Assembly: GCA_009779135.1 (NCBI GenBank)
Contig: WREW01000001.1
Coordinates: forward strand, 94,233 to 158,232
Length of the DNA: 64,000 nucleotides
Origin: Alphaproteobacteria bacterium
Lineage (GTDB): Bacteria > Pseudomonadota > Alphaproteobacteria > UBA9219
Reading direction: 5' to 3'
Of this stretch, positions 1-10,494 are shown piece after piece (within the stretch, counting starts at the first letter, position 1; every line of letters begins with the position of its first letter). Both the position numbers and the translations under genes were made by a program. The notes beneath the pieces were generated by a model that saw nothing but the letters and a program-made list of their open reading frames with translations, made no database searches and was not told the DNA's origin.

Positions 1-1
1 T

Positions 2-511
2 GCAAGCTTCGCCGAAGATATTATAGCGCTTCATAAACAAAACCGCATCAAATGGAGCACGTTTTTTAAACAGGCCAAGCTGGGCCACGTCATCACGGCG
101 CCGGTGATTTACAGCATGATTGTGCCGCTTGTGTTTTTGGATTTTTTCGTGACGCTTTATCAACATATCTGTTTTCGTGTGTATAATATTCCGCTTGTCA
201 AGCGCACGACCTTTATGGATATCGACCGCCATCATCTGGCCTATCTCAATGCTGTTGAAAAGCTTAATTGCCTTTATTGCAGCTATGGCAACGGCGTGCT
301 GGCCTATGCGCGAGAGATTGCCGCGCGAACTGAGCAATTCTGGTGCCCCGTCAAACATGCCACACGGGTGCGTGATCCCCATCATTATTATATGAAGTTT
401 TTGTCCTATGGTGATGCGCAAGGCTATCAGCAGGGGCTTGAACAACTGCGCAAGGACGCGCAAAATCTGGAAGACCCCGCATTTGTGACCGAAGAAAGGA
501 ACGACCCATGA
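2..511 (+). CDS. hypothetical membrane protein (5' partial; frame open to window start)
   Basis: ORF 104..511 has no in-frame stop upstream back to the window edge; hydrophobic N-terminal segment; Cys-containing CLYCSYGNG stretch; no recognisable family. Confidence 0.35.
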   Translation, partial: ASFAEDIIALHKQNRIKWSTFFKQAKLGHVITAPVIYSMIVPLVFLDFFVTLYQHICFRVYNIPLVKRTTFMDIDRHHLAYLNAVEKLNCLYCSYGNGVLAYAREIAARTEQFWCPVKHATRVRDPHHYYMKFLSYGDAQGYQQGLEQLRKDAQNLEDPAFVTEERNDP

Positions 512-1110
512 GCTTTGAACTTCCCCCCCTGCCCTACGCGCAGGATGCTTTGGAGCCGCACATCTCCCGCCAAACGCTGGAATATCATCACGGCAAGCAT
601 CACAAGGCCTATGTTGATAATCTCAACAAGCTTGTAGTAGGCACGGCCTATGAACATGAAGAATCTCTTGAAACAATCATCCAAAAAACGGCGCAGAATG
701 AAAAAGAGGTCGGCATCTTCAACAACGCCGCACAAGTATGGAACCATAGTTTTTTCTGGCACAGCATGAAGCCGCGCGGCGGCGGCAGGCCTTCGGGCAC
801 GATGCTAAGGCGGCTTGAGCAGGATTTCGGCTCCTACGAGGCCTTTGCCGAGCTTTTCCAAAAAGAAGGCCTCGCGCAGTTCGGAAGCGGATGGGTCTGG
901 CTTGTGGAAAGCGCCGGCAAGCTGGCCGTTGTGCGGACGGCCAATGCGGCAAATCCCTCCATCAAGGGCCAAAAACCGCTTTTGACCTGCGATGTGTGGG
1001 AGCACGCCTATTATCTTGATTATCAAAACCGCCGGCCTGATTTTCTCAAGGTTTTCCTTGAAAATCTGGCTGATTGGGATTTTGCGGAAAAAAATCTGGC
1101 TGCCGCCTGA
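508..1110 (+). CDS. sodB: Fe/Mn superoxide dismutase (Fe-type)
   Basis: N-terminus [32 protein letters not shown] and internal [14 protein letters not shown] are classic Fe-SOD signatures; ~200 aa. Confidence 0.9.
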   Translation: MSFELPPLPYAQDALEPHISRQTLEYHHGKHHKAYVDNLNKLVVGTAYEHEESLETIIQKTAQNEKEVGIFNNAAQVWNHSFFWHSMKPRGGGRPSGTMLRRLEQDFGSYEAFAELFQKEGLAQFGSGWVWLVESAGKLAVVRTANAANPSIKGQKPLLTCDVWEHAYYLDYQNRRPDFLKVFLENLADWDFAEKNLAAA

Positions 1111-1189
1111 TAAAAAGAACCTTGACTTGTATGCAAAGACGTTTCATTTCCAAAGGGCGTTTTTGTCAAACAGGAAAGGGTTTTTTGCA

Positions 1190-1909
1190 ATGCGGCAAGC
1201 CAATCGCGCACCGGATGCGTTGCGCTTTATTGAAATCATACCTCATGCCGCCAAATATGCCGAAGGCTCATGCCTTATCAAGTTCGGCGACACGCATGTT
1301 TTATGCGCGGCCAGCGTGGCGGACAAAGTGCCCTTTTTCATGCGCGGGCAGGGCCAAGGTTGGGTGACGGCTGAATATGGCATGCTGCCGCGCGCCACCA
1401 ACCAGCGCACCGACCGCGAAGCCGTGCGCGGCGCGCAAACAGGCCGCACGCAGGAAATCCAGCGCCTGATCGGACGCGCCTTGCGCGCCTGCATCGACCA
1501 ACGCGCCATGGGAGAGATGCAAATTAAACTGGATTGTGATGTGTTGCAGGCCGATGGCGGCACGCGCACGGCGGCTATTACAGGCGGTTATGTCGCTTTA
1601 GCGCTGGCTTTTAAACATCTTGTGCGCACCCGTAGGCTTCATACGATCCCGCTTGTGGACAGCGTGGCCGCCGTGTCCTGCGGCCTTTACAAAGGCGCCT
1701 GTCTTTTGGATCTGGATTATAACGAGGATTCAAATGCGCAGGCGGATGCCAATTTTGTCCTTACAGGCGCAGGCGGCATTGTAGAAGTTCAGGCCACAGC
1801 CGAGCGCAGCGCCTTTGCGCAGGAGGAGTTTCTGGCCCTTTTGGATCTGGCGCGCAAAGGCATCGCGCAACTCAGCGCCCTGCAAAAAGATGTGATTGAG
1901 AAAGAGTAA
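1190..1909 (+). CDS. rph: ribonuclease PH
   Basis: Translation from ATG 1190 ([12 protein letters not shown]...) contains [16 protein letters not shown] and [18 protein letters not shown] motifs typical of RNase PH; the N-terminal extension from 992 in the ORF track is not conserved. Confidence 0.9.
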   Translation: MRQANRAPDALRFIEIIPHAAKYAEGSCLIKFGDTHVLCAASVADKVPFFMRGQGQGWVTAEYGMLPRATNQRTDREAVRGAQTGRTQEIQRLIGRALRACIDQRAMGEMQIKLDCDVLQADGGTRTAAITGGYVALALAFKHLVRTRRLHTIPLVDSVAAVSCGLYKGACLLDLDYNEDSNAQADANFVLTGAGGIVEVQATAERSAFAQEEFLALLDLARKGIAQLSALQKDVIEKE

Positions 1910-1915
1910 AAGCTC

Positions 1916-2518
1916 ATGAATCCCAAAACCCTGATTCTGGCCACCCATAACAAAGGAAAGCTTGCCGAGGTCAAAGCGATGCTCGAGCCTTTGGGCTTTG
2001 AGGTGGTAAGCGCCGAGGATCTTGATCTTGAGGATGTAGAAGAAACCGGCGCGGATTTTGCGCAAAACGCCGCCCTTAAAGCGCATCATGCCGCGCAAAA
2101 AACACAAAAACTGGCGCTTGCGGATGATTCGGGCCTTTGCGTTGAAGCGCTGGACGGCGCGCCCGGCCTTTATTCCGCCCGCTGGTGCGGCGCGCAGCGC
2201 TCGGCCCAAACAGGCATCGCGCGCGTTCAGGAGGAGCTTGAAAAAGTAAAAGACAAAAAAGACAACCGCGCCAAACTTGTCTGTACAATGGCTCTGGCAT
2301 GGCCGGACGGGCGCACAGAAGTTTTTGAAGGAAGCTGCGCCGGAACGCTTGTCTTTCCGCCACGGCAGGTTGAAGATTATGGCTATGGCTTTGATCCCAT
2401 CTTTCAGCCGGAGGGTCTTTCAAAAACTTTTGGCGAAATGCCGCGCGAAGATAAGGCCGCTTTCAGCCATCGCGCGATGGCGCTTAAAAAAGTCATCGCG
2501 TTTCTGGAGGGCGCATGA
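1916..2518 (+). CDS. rdgB: non-canonical purine NTP pyrophosphatase (RdgB/HAM1 family)
   Basis: MNPKTLILATHNKGKLAEVKAMLEPLGFEVVSA plus FGYGFDPIFQP and SHRAMAL motifs; conserved position next to rph and hemW. Confidence 0.85.
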   Translation: MNPKTLILATHNKGKLAEVKAMLEPLGFEVVSAEDLDLEDVEETGADFAQNAALKAHHAAQKTQKLALADDSGLCVEALDGAPGLYSARWCGAQRSAQTGIARVQEELEKVKDKKDNRAKLVCTMALAWPDGRTEVFEGSCAGTLVFPPRQVEDYGYGFDPIFQPEGLSKTFGEMPREDKAAFSHRAMALKKVIAFLEGA

Positions 2519-3672
2519 ACTCTTTATCCTTATATGTGCATTGGCCCTTTTGCCGCTCCAAATGCCCTTATTGTGATTTCGCTTCGCGCGTGATGCCCGG
2601 CTCTTTGGATGAAGAACTATGGGCGCAGGCCTATCTTCGCGCCCTTGAAGATCAGGCGGCCAAGTTCAAAGACCGCCCCCTGCGCAGCATTTATTTCGGC
2701 GGCGGGACGCCTTCTTTGATGGCGCCGTCTTTTCTTGCGCGGCTTCTTGATAAAATCACAGCCCTTTGGCCTTTGCGTGATAATTGCGAGATCACGCTTG
2801 AAGCCAATCCCGCTTCAAGCGCGCGGGATGTTTTTGAATCTTTTAAACTTGCCGGAATCAATCGCCTGTCTTTGGGCGTTCAATCGCTGGATGACAGGGT
2901 TTTATCTTTTCTGGGCCGCGCGCATGACGCAAAAACCGCGCTTGAGGCCCTTGATGCGGCGGCGCAGATATTTCCGCGCTATTCCTTTGATCTGATCTAT
3001 GGCTATGCCGGCCACAGCCTGCCGGATTGGCGCGCGCAGCTGCGGCAGGCCTTGGCTTTGAAGCCGCCGCATCTGTCGCTCTACCAGCTTACGGTTGAGC
3101 CGGACACGGTTTTTGGCAAGCGTCAGGCCAAAGGCGAAAAACTCACGGTGGATGACGAGCAGGCGGCCTACTTGTATGAAATCACGCAGGATCTTACCGA
3201 AGCCTTTGGTCTTCCTTCCTACGAAGTTTCCAACCACGCCAAACCTTGGCAGGAAAGCCGGCATAATCTGACCTATTGGCATTATGATGATTATCTGGGC
3301 ATCGGCCCGGGCGCGCATGGCCGTCTGAAACAAGATGACGACTGGCTTGCTTATGAAAATGAGAAAAAGCCAGAGCTTTGGCTTTCTCTTTTGGACGGGC
3401 CCAGCAAAGGCGTTTCCCACAGCGAGCTGTTGCCTGCCGTAACCGCGCAAAAGGAAGCCCTGATGATGGGCCTGCGCCTGCGCAGGGGAATCAACAAGGG
3501 CGCTTGGGAAAGAAAATTTGCCCATCCCGTCAAAGAAACGCTTGCGAAAGAGAAAATAGAATCACTGATCGCGCAGGGCCTTTGGGAAGAAAATACAACA
3601 CATATCCGCCTGAGCGCGGCGGGACGGCAAAGGCTTAACGCTGTTTTACACTACCTCCTTTTTGCGCCTTGA
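2515..3672 (+). CDS. hemW: radical SAM heme chaperone HemW (HemN-like oxygen-independent coproporphyrinogen oxidase family)
   Basis: LYVHWPFCRSKCPYCDF radical-SAM CxxxCxxC motif; 385 aa; rph-rdgB-hemW synteny. Confidence 0.85.
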   Translation: MNSLSLYVHWPFCRSKCPYCDFASRVMPGSLDEELWAQAYLRALEDQAAKFKDRPLRSIYFGGGTPSLMAPSFLARLLDKITALWPLRDNCEITLEANPASSARDVFESFKLAGINRLSLGVQSLDDRVLSFLGRAHDAKTALEALDAAAQIFPRYSFDLIYGYAGHSLPDWRAQLRQALALKPPHLSLYQLTVEPDTVFGKRQAKGEKLTVDDEQAAYLYEITQDLTEAFGLPSYEVSNHAKPWQESRHNLTYWHYDDYLGIGPGAHGRLKQDDDWLAYENEKKPELWLSLLDGPSKGVSHSELLPAVTAQKEALMMGLRLRRGINKGAWERKFAHPVKETLAKEKIESLIAQGLWEENTTHIRLSAAGRQRLNAVLHYLLFAP

Positions 3673-3737
3673 CCTTTGCGAAATGGCACCTTAATCATAA
3701 CGTACCGGCCTGATCCGAATTAACCTTAACGCAAAGG
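3673..3737. promoter_or_regulatory. 8-bp perfect inverted repeat (CCTTTGCG ... CGCAAAGG) flanking the promoter region of the Rrf2 regulator gene
   Basis: Seen directly in sequence between the hemW stop and the Rrf2 start; candidate operator or attenuator for the suf operon. Confidence 0.3.
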
Positions 3738-3743
3738 TCTCGC

Positions 3744-4166
3744 ATGCTGCGGATGAGCAAACTTGCTGATTATAGTTTTATTGTCATGGCCCAAATGGCG
3801 CGTCAGCCGCAAACGCTCTGGTCGGTGACAGCGCTGGCCGAAGCCACGACATTGCCGGTGCCGACAGTGGCCAAACTGATGAAGCGGCTGGCGCAAAATG
3901 CGCTGGTACGCGCGCAGCGCGGCGCGATGGGCGGCTATGTTTTGGCCTATGCCCCGCATGCCGTGTCGCTGGCCGTGATTTTGGAAGCCATAGATGGCCC
4001 CATCAGCCTGACAGCCTGCGCCAACAGCAATGAGCGCTGTCATTGCGCCGCCAGCTGGTGCGCCGTTCGTCAAAACTGGGGGCCGATCAACCAGACGATT
4101 CGGCAATATTTGAACGAGCTTTATCTTGCCGACCTCGCCTTTGAGAGGCGCATGGGTGAGGCATGA
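3744..4166 (+). CDS. Rrf2 family transcriptional regulator (IscR/SufR-like, Fe-S cluster binding)
   Basis: N-terminus [20 protein letters not shown] is typical of Rrf2 HTH proteins; three clustered Cys ([15 protein letters not shown]); located immediately upstream of sufBCDS. Confidence 0.75.
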   Translation: MLRMSKLADYSFIVMAQMARQPQTLWSVTALAEATTLPVPTVAKLMKRLAQNALVRAQRGAMGGYVLAYAPHAVSLAVILEAIDGPISLTACANSNERCHCAASWCAVRQNWGPINQTIRQYLNELYLADLAFERRMGEA

Positions 4167-5605
4167 ACGTGGATCTCCCCCTTCCCGAGCCGTATAAATA
4201 CGGCTTCACCACCTCTATTGAAACGCTCCGTGCCGAAAAAGGGCTTGGCGAGGGTACGGTGCGTTTTATTGCAAGCCAGCGCAAGGAACCGGACTGGATT
4301 TTGGACATGCGGCTGAAAGCTTTTGAGCTGTGGCAAAGCATGACACCCCCGCAATGGAGCAAACTCGATTTTGCGCCGATTGATTTTCAGGCCTCCTCTT
4401 ACTACGCCGCGCCCAAAACCCAAAAGACGCCGCAGTCTTTGGATGAGGTAGATCCCGAGCTTTTGCGCACCTATGAAAAACTTGGCATTCCCTTGCGTGA
4501 GCAGGAAAGGCTTTCCGGCATCACATCCGAGATTGCCGTGGATGCCGTCTTTGACAGTGTTTCCGTGGCCACCACCTACAAAAAAGCGCTTGCGGAAAAA
4601 GGAATCCTGTTTTGCCCGCTTAGCGAAGCGATCGAAAAATATCCGGATCTCGTACGGCGCTATATGGGGAGCGTTGTACCGGCTGAGGATAATTTCTATG
4701 CGGCGCTTAATATGGCGGTTTTTACGGACGGTTCTTTTGTTTATATTCCCAAAGGCGTGCGCTGCCCCATGGAGCTTTCAACCTATTTCCGCATCAACGC
4801 CGAAAGCACAGGCCAGTTTGAGCGAACTTTGATTGTCGCGGATGATGACAGCTCCGTCAGTTATCTTGAAGGCTGCACGGCGCCAAAGCGGGACGAACAT
4901 CAACTTCATGCTGCGGTGGTCGAGCTGGTTGCAATGGATCGCGCCCATATCAAATACGCAACCGTGCAGAATTGGTATCCTGGCGATAAGGAAGGGCGCG
5001 GCGGCATTTACAATTTTGTCACCAAACGCGGCCTTTGCGCAGGGCAAGGCGCGCATATTTCTTGGACGCAGGTGGAGACAGGCTCGGCCATCACATGGAA
5101 ATATCCGAGCTGCGTTTTAAAAGGCGATGACAGCCAAGGCGATTTTTATTCCGTGGCCATTGTGGGCAATCATCAGCAGGCGGACACGGGCACCAAGATG
5201 ATTCATCTTGGCAAAAACACGCGCTCCACCATTATGGCCAAATCCGTCAGCGCAGGGCGCGCGCAAGCCACCTATCGCGGCCTTGTGAAAATGACGAAAA
5301 CGGCCAAAGGCGCGCGCAACAAAACGCAATGCGACAGTCTTTTAATAGGTGACCAATGCGGGGCCCATACGGTGCCGTACATTGAACAGCAGCAGCAAAA
5401 TGGCCATATTGAACACGAAGCCACCACATCCAAAGTCAGCGAAGAGCAGCTTTTTTACTGCCGCCAGCGCGGCCTTAGCGAAGAAGAGGCCATGACGCTG
5501 ATTGTGGGCGGCTTTTGCCGCGATGTCATGCGCAAGCTCCCCTTGGAGTTTGCGGTTGAAGCGCAAAAGCTGATCGGCATCAGTTTGGAAGGCTCTGTAG
5601 GATAA
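4163..5605 (+). CDS. sufB: Fe-S cluster assembly scaffold SufB
   Basis: 480 aa; sufB-sufC-sufD-sufS order; conserved SufB/SufD C-terminal block ([26 protein letters not shown]). Confidence 0.95.
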   Translation: MNVDLPLPEPYKYGFTTSIETLRAEKGLGEGTVRFIASQRKEPDWILDMRLKAFELWQSMTPPQWSKLDFAPIDFQASSYYAAPKTQKTPQSLDEVDPELLRTYEKLGIPLREQERLSGITSEIAVDAVFDSVSVATTYKKALAEKGILFCPLSEAIEKYPDLVRRYMGSVVPAEDNFYAALNMAVFTDGSFVYIPKGVRCPMELSTYFRINAESTGQFERTLIVADDDSSVSYLEGCTAPKRDEHQLHAAVVELVAMDRAHIKYATVQNWYPGDKEGRGGIYNFVTKRGLCAGQGAHISWTQVETGSAITWKYPSCVLKGDDSQGDFYSVAIVGNHQQADTGTKMIHLGKNTRSTIMAKSVSAGRAQATYRGLVKMTKTAKGARNKTQCDSLLIGDQCGAHTVPYIEQQQQNGHIEHEATTSKVSEEQLFYCRQRGLSEEEAMTLIVGGFCRDVMRKLPLEFAVEAQKLIGISLEGSVG

Positions 5606-5617
5606 GGACAAGGAACC

Positions 5618-6361
5618 ATGCTCAAGATAGAAAATCTCCACGCCGGTAGTGAAGGACATGAGATTTTAAAGGGACTCTCTCTCACCGTGCCTTTAGGGCA
5701 GGTGCATGCCTTGATGGGCCCTAACGGGGCGGGCAAAAGCACACTGTCTTATGTTTTGGCGGGCCATCCTTCCTATCAGGTGACGCAGGGGAAGATAGAG
5801 TGGCAGGGAAAGGATCTTCTGGCTCTTGCGCCCGAAGCGCGCGCCGCCGCCGGCGTTTTTCTGGCCTTTCAATATCCCGTGGAGATCGCGGGGGTTACGG
5901 TGATGAACTTTCTCAACACGGCGCTGAACGCCCAGCGCCGCGCGCGCGGCGAAAAACCGCTGGATGTTATTTCCATGGCAAAGTTTTTGAGGCAAAGAGC
6001 GCAAAGCATGCAGCTTGATGAGGCCATACTCAAACGCCCCCTTAATGTCGGCTTTTCGGGCGGCGAGAAAAAGCGCAACGAAGTTTTACAAATGGCCGTG
6101 CTGGAGCCGTCCTTATGCGTTCTGGACGAAACCGACAGCGGCCTTGATATTGACGCTTTGCGCATTGTCGCAGATGGCGTTAATGCAATGCGAAGCAAAG
6201 ATCGCGCCATGCTCATCATCACGCATTACCAAAGATTGCTGGATTATATCCGGCCCGACCATGTCCATGTTTTGCAAAAAGGGCGCATCATACGCACTGG
6301 CGATGCCTCCTTAGTGGCCGAGCTTGAAGAAAAAGGTTACGGAGACATGCATGCGCCCTGA
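5618..6361 (+). CDS. sufC: Fe-S cluster assembly ATPase SufC
   Basis: Walker A GPNGAGKST; ABC signature LNVGFSGGEKKR; 247 aa. Confidence 0.95.
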   Translation: MLKIENLHAGSEGHEILKGLSLTVPLGQVHALMGPNGAGKSTLSYVLAGHPSYQVTQGKIEWQGKDLLALAPEARAAAGVFLAFQYPVEIAGVTVMNFLNTALNAQRRARGEKPLDVISMAKFLRQRAQSMQLDEAILKRPLNVGFSGGEKKRNEVLQMAVLEPSLCVLDETDSGLDIDALRIVADGVNAMRSKDRAMLIITHYQRLLDYIRPDHVHVLQKGRIIRTGDASLVAELEEKGYGDMHAP

Positions 6362-7043
6362 CCAGCTGGTGGTTGTCTTTGACTGGAACGGCACGCTGAT
6401 CAATGATACATGGCTTACATGGCGGGCGGTTAATGAAATCCTTGTCACGCTCGGGGGGCGGGCCATAAGCGAGGAGCAATACAAGGCCGCCTACCGCATG
6501 CCGCTGAAGGCCATGTATCAGGAACTGGGCCTGAGCCGGCGAATCATTGAAGAGCAGGAAGAAATAGTTTTTAAGATTTTCGGGGATGTTTACCAAAGCC
6601 TTGTGCATAAAACCACCCTGCATGAAGGCACGCGGGAGACCCTGCATTATCTGAAAAAACAAGAACATAAATCGTTAATTTTAAGCAATCATAATCGGCC
6701 CTGTATCGAGAGACAATTAAAGCGTTTTGGCCTTGAAACTTATTTTGATGAAGTCTTGGCCAATGCGCCGGATGAGTATAAGAACATCATGCATAAAGCG
6801 GGTAAAAAAGACCGCCTTGACGACTGGCTTAAACGCCATAAATGTTACGGTGGTATTGTGGTTGGCGATTCGCCGGAGGAAATGGATATTGCGTTGCAGC
6901 ATGGGTTTACCAGCGTAGCCGTAGAAAGTGGGTGCTGCTTGCGCGAAACACTTGAAAGAGCAAAGCCGGACTGGCTGGTGAAAGACTTAAAGCCGCTGCC
7001 GTCCATTATTCAACATGTTTACGGAGAAAGACATGCGCCCTGA
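6351..7043 (+). CDS. HAD-superfamily hydrolase-like protein (variant motif I: FDWNGT instead of DxDGT)
   Basis: Start chosen at ATG 6351 (MRPDQLVVVFDWNGTL), overlapping the sufC stop; HAD-like fold with a C-terminal GDSPEE block; paralogous to the next gene. Confidence 0.55.
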   Translation: MRPDQLVVVFDWNGTLINDTWLTWRAVNEILVTLGGRAISEEQYKAAYRMPLKAMYQELGLSRRIIEEQEEIVFKIFGDVYQSLVHKTTLHEGTRETLHYLKKQEHKSLILSNHNRPCIERQLKRFGLETYFDEVLANAPDEYKNIMHKAGKKDRLDDWLKRHKCYGGIVVGDSPEEMDIALQHGFTSVAVESGCCLRETLERAKPDWLVKDLKPLPSIIQHVYGERHAP

Positions 7044-7725
7044 TAAGTTTGTAATTGTTTTTGATTATAACGGTGTGATCCTTGAAGATGCGAAGCATCA
7101 CTGGAGGGCCTTTAACGGCATGGCTGAAAAAGTCGGTGCCAAGCCCGTAAGCTATGCGGAATACAGGTTGGCCTTCCGTATTCCGCTCAAAGAAATGTAC
7201 GCGGATCTTGGCATATGCAAGAAAGTGATCGCGGAAAGAACCGATGATCTTCATCGGTTTTTCGGCGAGGCGTACAACGGCTCCAACCAAGGAGTCTGCC
7301 CTCGCCGAGGTGTCATCCAAGCATTAAGTTATATAAAAGGACAAGGGCATAAGGCGATCATTTTAAGCAATCACACAAAGGAAGACATTCGTAAGCAGTT
7401 AAAGCGTTTTGATCTTGATAATTGCTTTAGCGCTGTGCTGGCCAACGGGCATGATGAGCATCAGGACATTATGTACAAAGCCGGTAAAGGCAAGCGGCTT
7501 GAAAACTGGCTTAAAAACCACCATGTGAGGGGCGGCATTGTGGTTGGTGATACACCTGAAGAAGTACATATTGCGCGTGGATGCGGCTTTTTCAGCATGG
7601 GCCTTACAGGCGGATTCTGTTTGCCCGCCGCCTTTAAAGGCGAAAACGAGCCCGATTTTCTTAGAAAAGATTTAAGGCCCATGCCTGCCATTATCGCGGA
7701 ATGTTATAAGAGGCTTCAATTATGA
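7033..7725 (+). CDS. HAD-superfamily hydrolase-like protein, tandem paralog
   Basis: MRPDKFVIVFDYNGVIL ... GDTPEE; similar along its full length to the preceding gene; inserted between sufC and sufD. Confidence 0.55.
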   Translation: MRPDKFVIVFDYNGVILEDAKHHWRAFNGMAEKVGAKPVSYAEYRLAFRIPLKEMYADLGICKKVIAERTDDLHRFFGEAYNGSNQGVCPRRGVIQALSYIKGQGHKAIILSNHTKEDIRKQLKRFDLDNCFSAVLANGHDEHQDIMYKAGKGKRLENWLKNHHVRGGIVVGDTPEEVHIARGCGFFSMGLTGGFCLPAAFKGENEPDFLRKDLRPMPAIIAECYKRLQL

Positions 7726-8804
7726 GTCTTGAAAGCCTGATCCGCCAAAGCCGGACGCAAAAGGAATTGTGGCGCTATACGCCGCTGAACGCCTTTGAAA
7801 TCTGGAAGCTGGATCAGGCAAAACCGGCGAATATCGCCGGTCTGCCGCAGGCGCGCACCGCGCACCGCATTGTTTTTGTCAATGGCTTTCTTGATGAGTC
7901 GGCGACAACGCTCCATAAACTTCCTGATGCGCTTTTATCCTTTTCGCAAAAAGATAATATTTATACGCTTGCTTTGGGCGGACAGGCCTGCCTTGTCATG
8001 GACCCCGTGGAATTGCTGTTTTTATATGATGAAACGAAAGATGCTCAAACGCGCACACAACTGGCCGTCAATCTTGGCGCAAACAGCCGCTTGACGTTGC
8101 TTGAGCGGCATAAGAGCCAAAGCGCGCATAAAGCGCTGCATGAAAGGGATCTTGCCATCACCCTTGAAGCAGGCGCCAAACTGACGCATGCCCATGTGAT
8201 TGACGAAGGGCAAAAAACATTTCATAACGCGCAGACACAAATCACACTGGCGCAAGGCGCTTTTTATCATGGCCATGCGCTGATGCGCGGCGGGCTTTTG
8301 AACCGCCAGATGGTGACGGCTGATCTTTGCGAGCCGTCAGCCCGCGCGTCCTTTTCAAGCCTGATTTTGGGCCGCGCCGAAGAACATCACGACATCACAA
8401 CTTTTGTCCGCCATAAAGCCGCGCACACCACAAGCATGCAAAAATGCCGCGCCGTTTTATCTGACAATTCCTGCGGCGTTTTTAAAGGCACAACCCATCT
8501 GGCCCCTGCGGCGCAAAAAACAAGCGGCCATCAGATGGCGCGCGCGCTTTTGCTTTCAGAAAACGCCTCATTTGATGCGCGGCCGGAGCTTGAGATTTAT
8601 GCGGATGATGTCAAATGTTCGCACGGCGCCAGTACAGGCGCTTTGGATGAGGCCGCCTTGTTTTATCTACGCAGCCGAGGCATACCGGAAGATGAAGCAC
8701 GCGCGATGCTCACGCGCGCTTTCATCCAAAGTTTTCTTGAAGATGGCGCCGAACCTGCCATCATGCAGCTTATGCAGGAGGAAATCGCCTCATGGACGTG
8801 TTAA
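7722..8804 (+). CDS. sufD: Fe-S cluster assembly protein SufD
   Basis: 360 aa; conserved position; C-terminal SufB/SufD-family block (DDVKCSHGASTGALDEAALFYLRSRGI). Confidence 0.85.
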   Translation: MSLESLIRQSRTQKELWRYTPLNAFEIWKLDQAKPANIAGLPQARTAHRIVFVNGFLDESATTLHKLPDALLSFSQKDNIYTLALGGQACLVMDPVELLFLYDETKDAQTRTQLAVNLGANSRLTLLERHKSQSAHKALHERDLAITLEAGAKLTHAHVIDEGQKTFHNAQTQITLAQGAFYHGHALMRGGLLNRQMVTADLCEPSARASFSSLILGRAEEHHDITTFVRHKAAHTTSMQKCRAVLSDNSCGVFKGTTHLAPAAQKTSGHQMARALLLSENASFDARPELEIYADDVKCSHGASTGALDEAALFYLRSRGIPEDEARAMLTRAFIQSFLEDGAEPAIMQLMQEEIASWTC

Positions 8805-10006
8805 AAATCAGAAAAGACTTTCCGATCCTTGAGCGTAAAATGCGGGGACAGCCCCTTGTTTATCTGGACAGCGCCGCCAGCGCGCAAAAACCGCGCCCTG
8901 TGATCGAGGCTATGTCGCGTTTTTACGAACAAGGCTATGCCAACATCCATCGCGGCGTTTACGAGCTTTCCATGAGCGCAACGGATCTTTACGATCAGGG
9001 CCGCGTCTGCGTTCAGCGCTTTATCAACGCCGCGCATGAGGATGAGATCATCTTCACGCATGGCGCCACCGAAAGCCTTAATCTGGTGGCCTCAAGCTGG
9101 GGCGCTGCCAATCTGAAAGAAGGGGATGAGGTTGTCCTGACGCAGCTTGAGCATCACGCCAACATTGTGCCTTGGCAGCTTTTGCAAAAGAAAATCCCCT
9201 TTAAGCTGCGCGTGGTTCCTATCAAGAAAGACGGCGATATTCTTCTGCAGGACGTGCTTGAGGCGCTCTCGGAAAAAACAAAGCTGGTTTCCGTGGCGCA
9301 TGTCTCCAACGCCTTCGGCACTATTTTGCCTGTGAAAGACATTATCAAGGCCGCGCATGATCGTGGCATTCCGGTCATGCTGGACGGCGCCCAAGCCATT
9401 GCGCATGAAACGGTGGATGTTCAGGCGCTGGATGCCGATTTTTATGTTTTCTCAGGCCACAAGATTTACGGCCCCACCGGCATCGGCGTTCTTTACGGCA
9501 AGCGCGCATGGCTGCAATCCATGCCCCCTTATCAGGGCGGGGGCGATATGATCGAAAATGTCACGTTTGAAGAAACAAGCTTTCTTCCCCCGCCCGCGCG
9601 GTTTGAAGCGGGAACGCCCCATATTGCCGGCGTTGTCGGCCTTACGGCAGGCCTGAACTATGTGACATCCATCGGTATGCAAAATATTGCCGTGCATGAA
9701 GACAAGCTCCTTGCTTACGCGCATGAAAAGATAGGCACGATCCAAGGCGTGCGCCTGATCGGCACGGCCCCGCGCAAGGCCGCCATTTTGTCTTTTGTGA
9801 TGGAACATGCCCACCCCCACGATATCGGCACAGTTCTGGAAAGCCGAGGCATTGCGATCCGCGCAGGCCATCATTGTGCGCAGCCCGCCATGGAAAGCAT
9901 GGGACTTATGGGTACGGCGCGCGCCTCTTTCGGCCTTTACAATACGTTCGAAGATGTGGATTCTCTGGCTGAAGGTTTGCGCGCGGTAAGGGAGATTTTC
10001 GCATGA
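8792..10006 (+). CDS. sufS: cysteine desulfurase SufS (class V aminotransferase)
   Basis: PLP-Lys motif VFSGHKIYGPTGIGVLYG; catalytic-Cys region RAGHHCAQP; 404 aa. Confidence 0.95.
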   Translation: MDVLKIRKDFPILERKMRGQPLVYLDSAASAQKPRPVIEAMSRFYEQGYANIHRGVYELSMSATDLYDQGRVCVQRFINAAHEDEIIFTHGATESLNLVASSWGAANLKEGDEVVLTQLEHHANIVPWQLLQKKIPFKLRVVPIKKDGDILLQDVLEALSEKTKLVSVAHVSNAFGTILPVKDIIKAAHDRGIPVMLDGAQAIAHETVDVQALDADFYVFSGHKIYGPTGIGVLYGKRAWLQSMPPYQGGGDMIENVTFEETSFLPPPARFEAGTPHIAGVVGLTAGLNYVTSIGMQNIAVHEDKLLAYAHEKIGTIQGVRLIGTAPRKAAILSFVMEHAHPHDIGTVLESRGIAIRAGHHCAQPAMESMGLMGTARASFGLYNTFEDVDSLAEGLRAVREIFA

Positions 10007-10494
10007 GTCTGAACGAGCAGGATTTGCTTGATCTTTATCAGGATTTGATACTCGATCACAGCAGATATCCGCATAATTTTTACGAGATGGAAAAAGCCCA
10101 ATGCCAAGCCGTCGGCCACAACCCGCTTTGCGGCGACCGCCTGGTGCTTTACGTCACCGCTGATGAACAGGGCCGCATCAAGGAAGCCTCTTTTCAAGGG
10201 CAGGGCTGCGCTATTTCCATGGCCTCGGCCTCGATGATGACGGATCTTTTAAAGGGCAAAACCGCGCAGGAAGCGGAAAAACTGGCGGCGCATTTTGAAC
10301 AGCTCTGCAAAAACTTTAAGCCTGACCCGCAATTTGAAGCCATGATGAATCCCGAAGACAACGCACGGCTTGATGCGCTGGCGGGCGTTAAAAACTATCC
10401 GGCGCGCGTGAAATGCGCGATGCTTTCATGGCGCACGCTGCAAGCGGCCCTTAACCCTGCGCAAAACCAGACAGTGCAGACTGAAAACACATGA
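10003..10494 (+). CDS. sufU: SUF-system NifU/IscU-family sulfur-transfer/scaffold protein (SufU-like)
   Basis: NPLCGDRLVLYV ... FQGQGCAISMASASMMT pattern of the NifU N-terminal domain. Confidence 0.7.
   Translation: MSLNEQDLLDLYQDLILDHSRYPHNFYEMEKAQCQAVGHNPLCGDRLVLYVTADEQGRIKEASFQGQGCAISMASASMMTDLLKGKTAQEAEKLAAHFEQLCKNFKPDPQFEAMMNPEDNARLDALAGVKNYPARVKCAMLSWRTLQAALNPAQNQTVQTENT

Noticed and set aside
992-1189. N-terminal extension of rph from ATG 992
   Set aside because: Extension residues ([18 protein letters not shown]...) overlap the sodB 3' end and are not RNase PH-like. The conserved protein begins at ATG 1190.
2902-3525. 207-aa minus ORF within hemW
   Set aside because: Antisense to a radical-SAM gene carrying an intact CxxxCxxC motif. 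No support.
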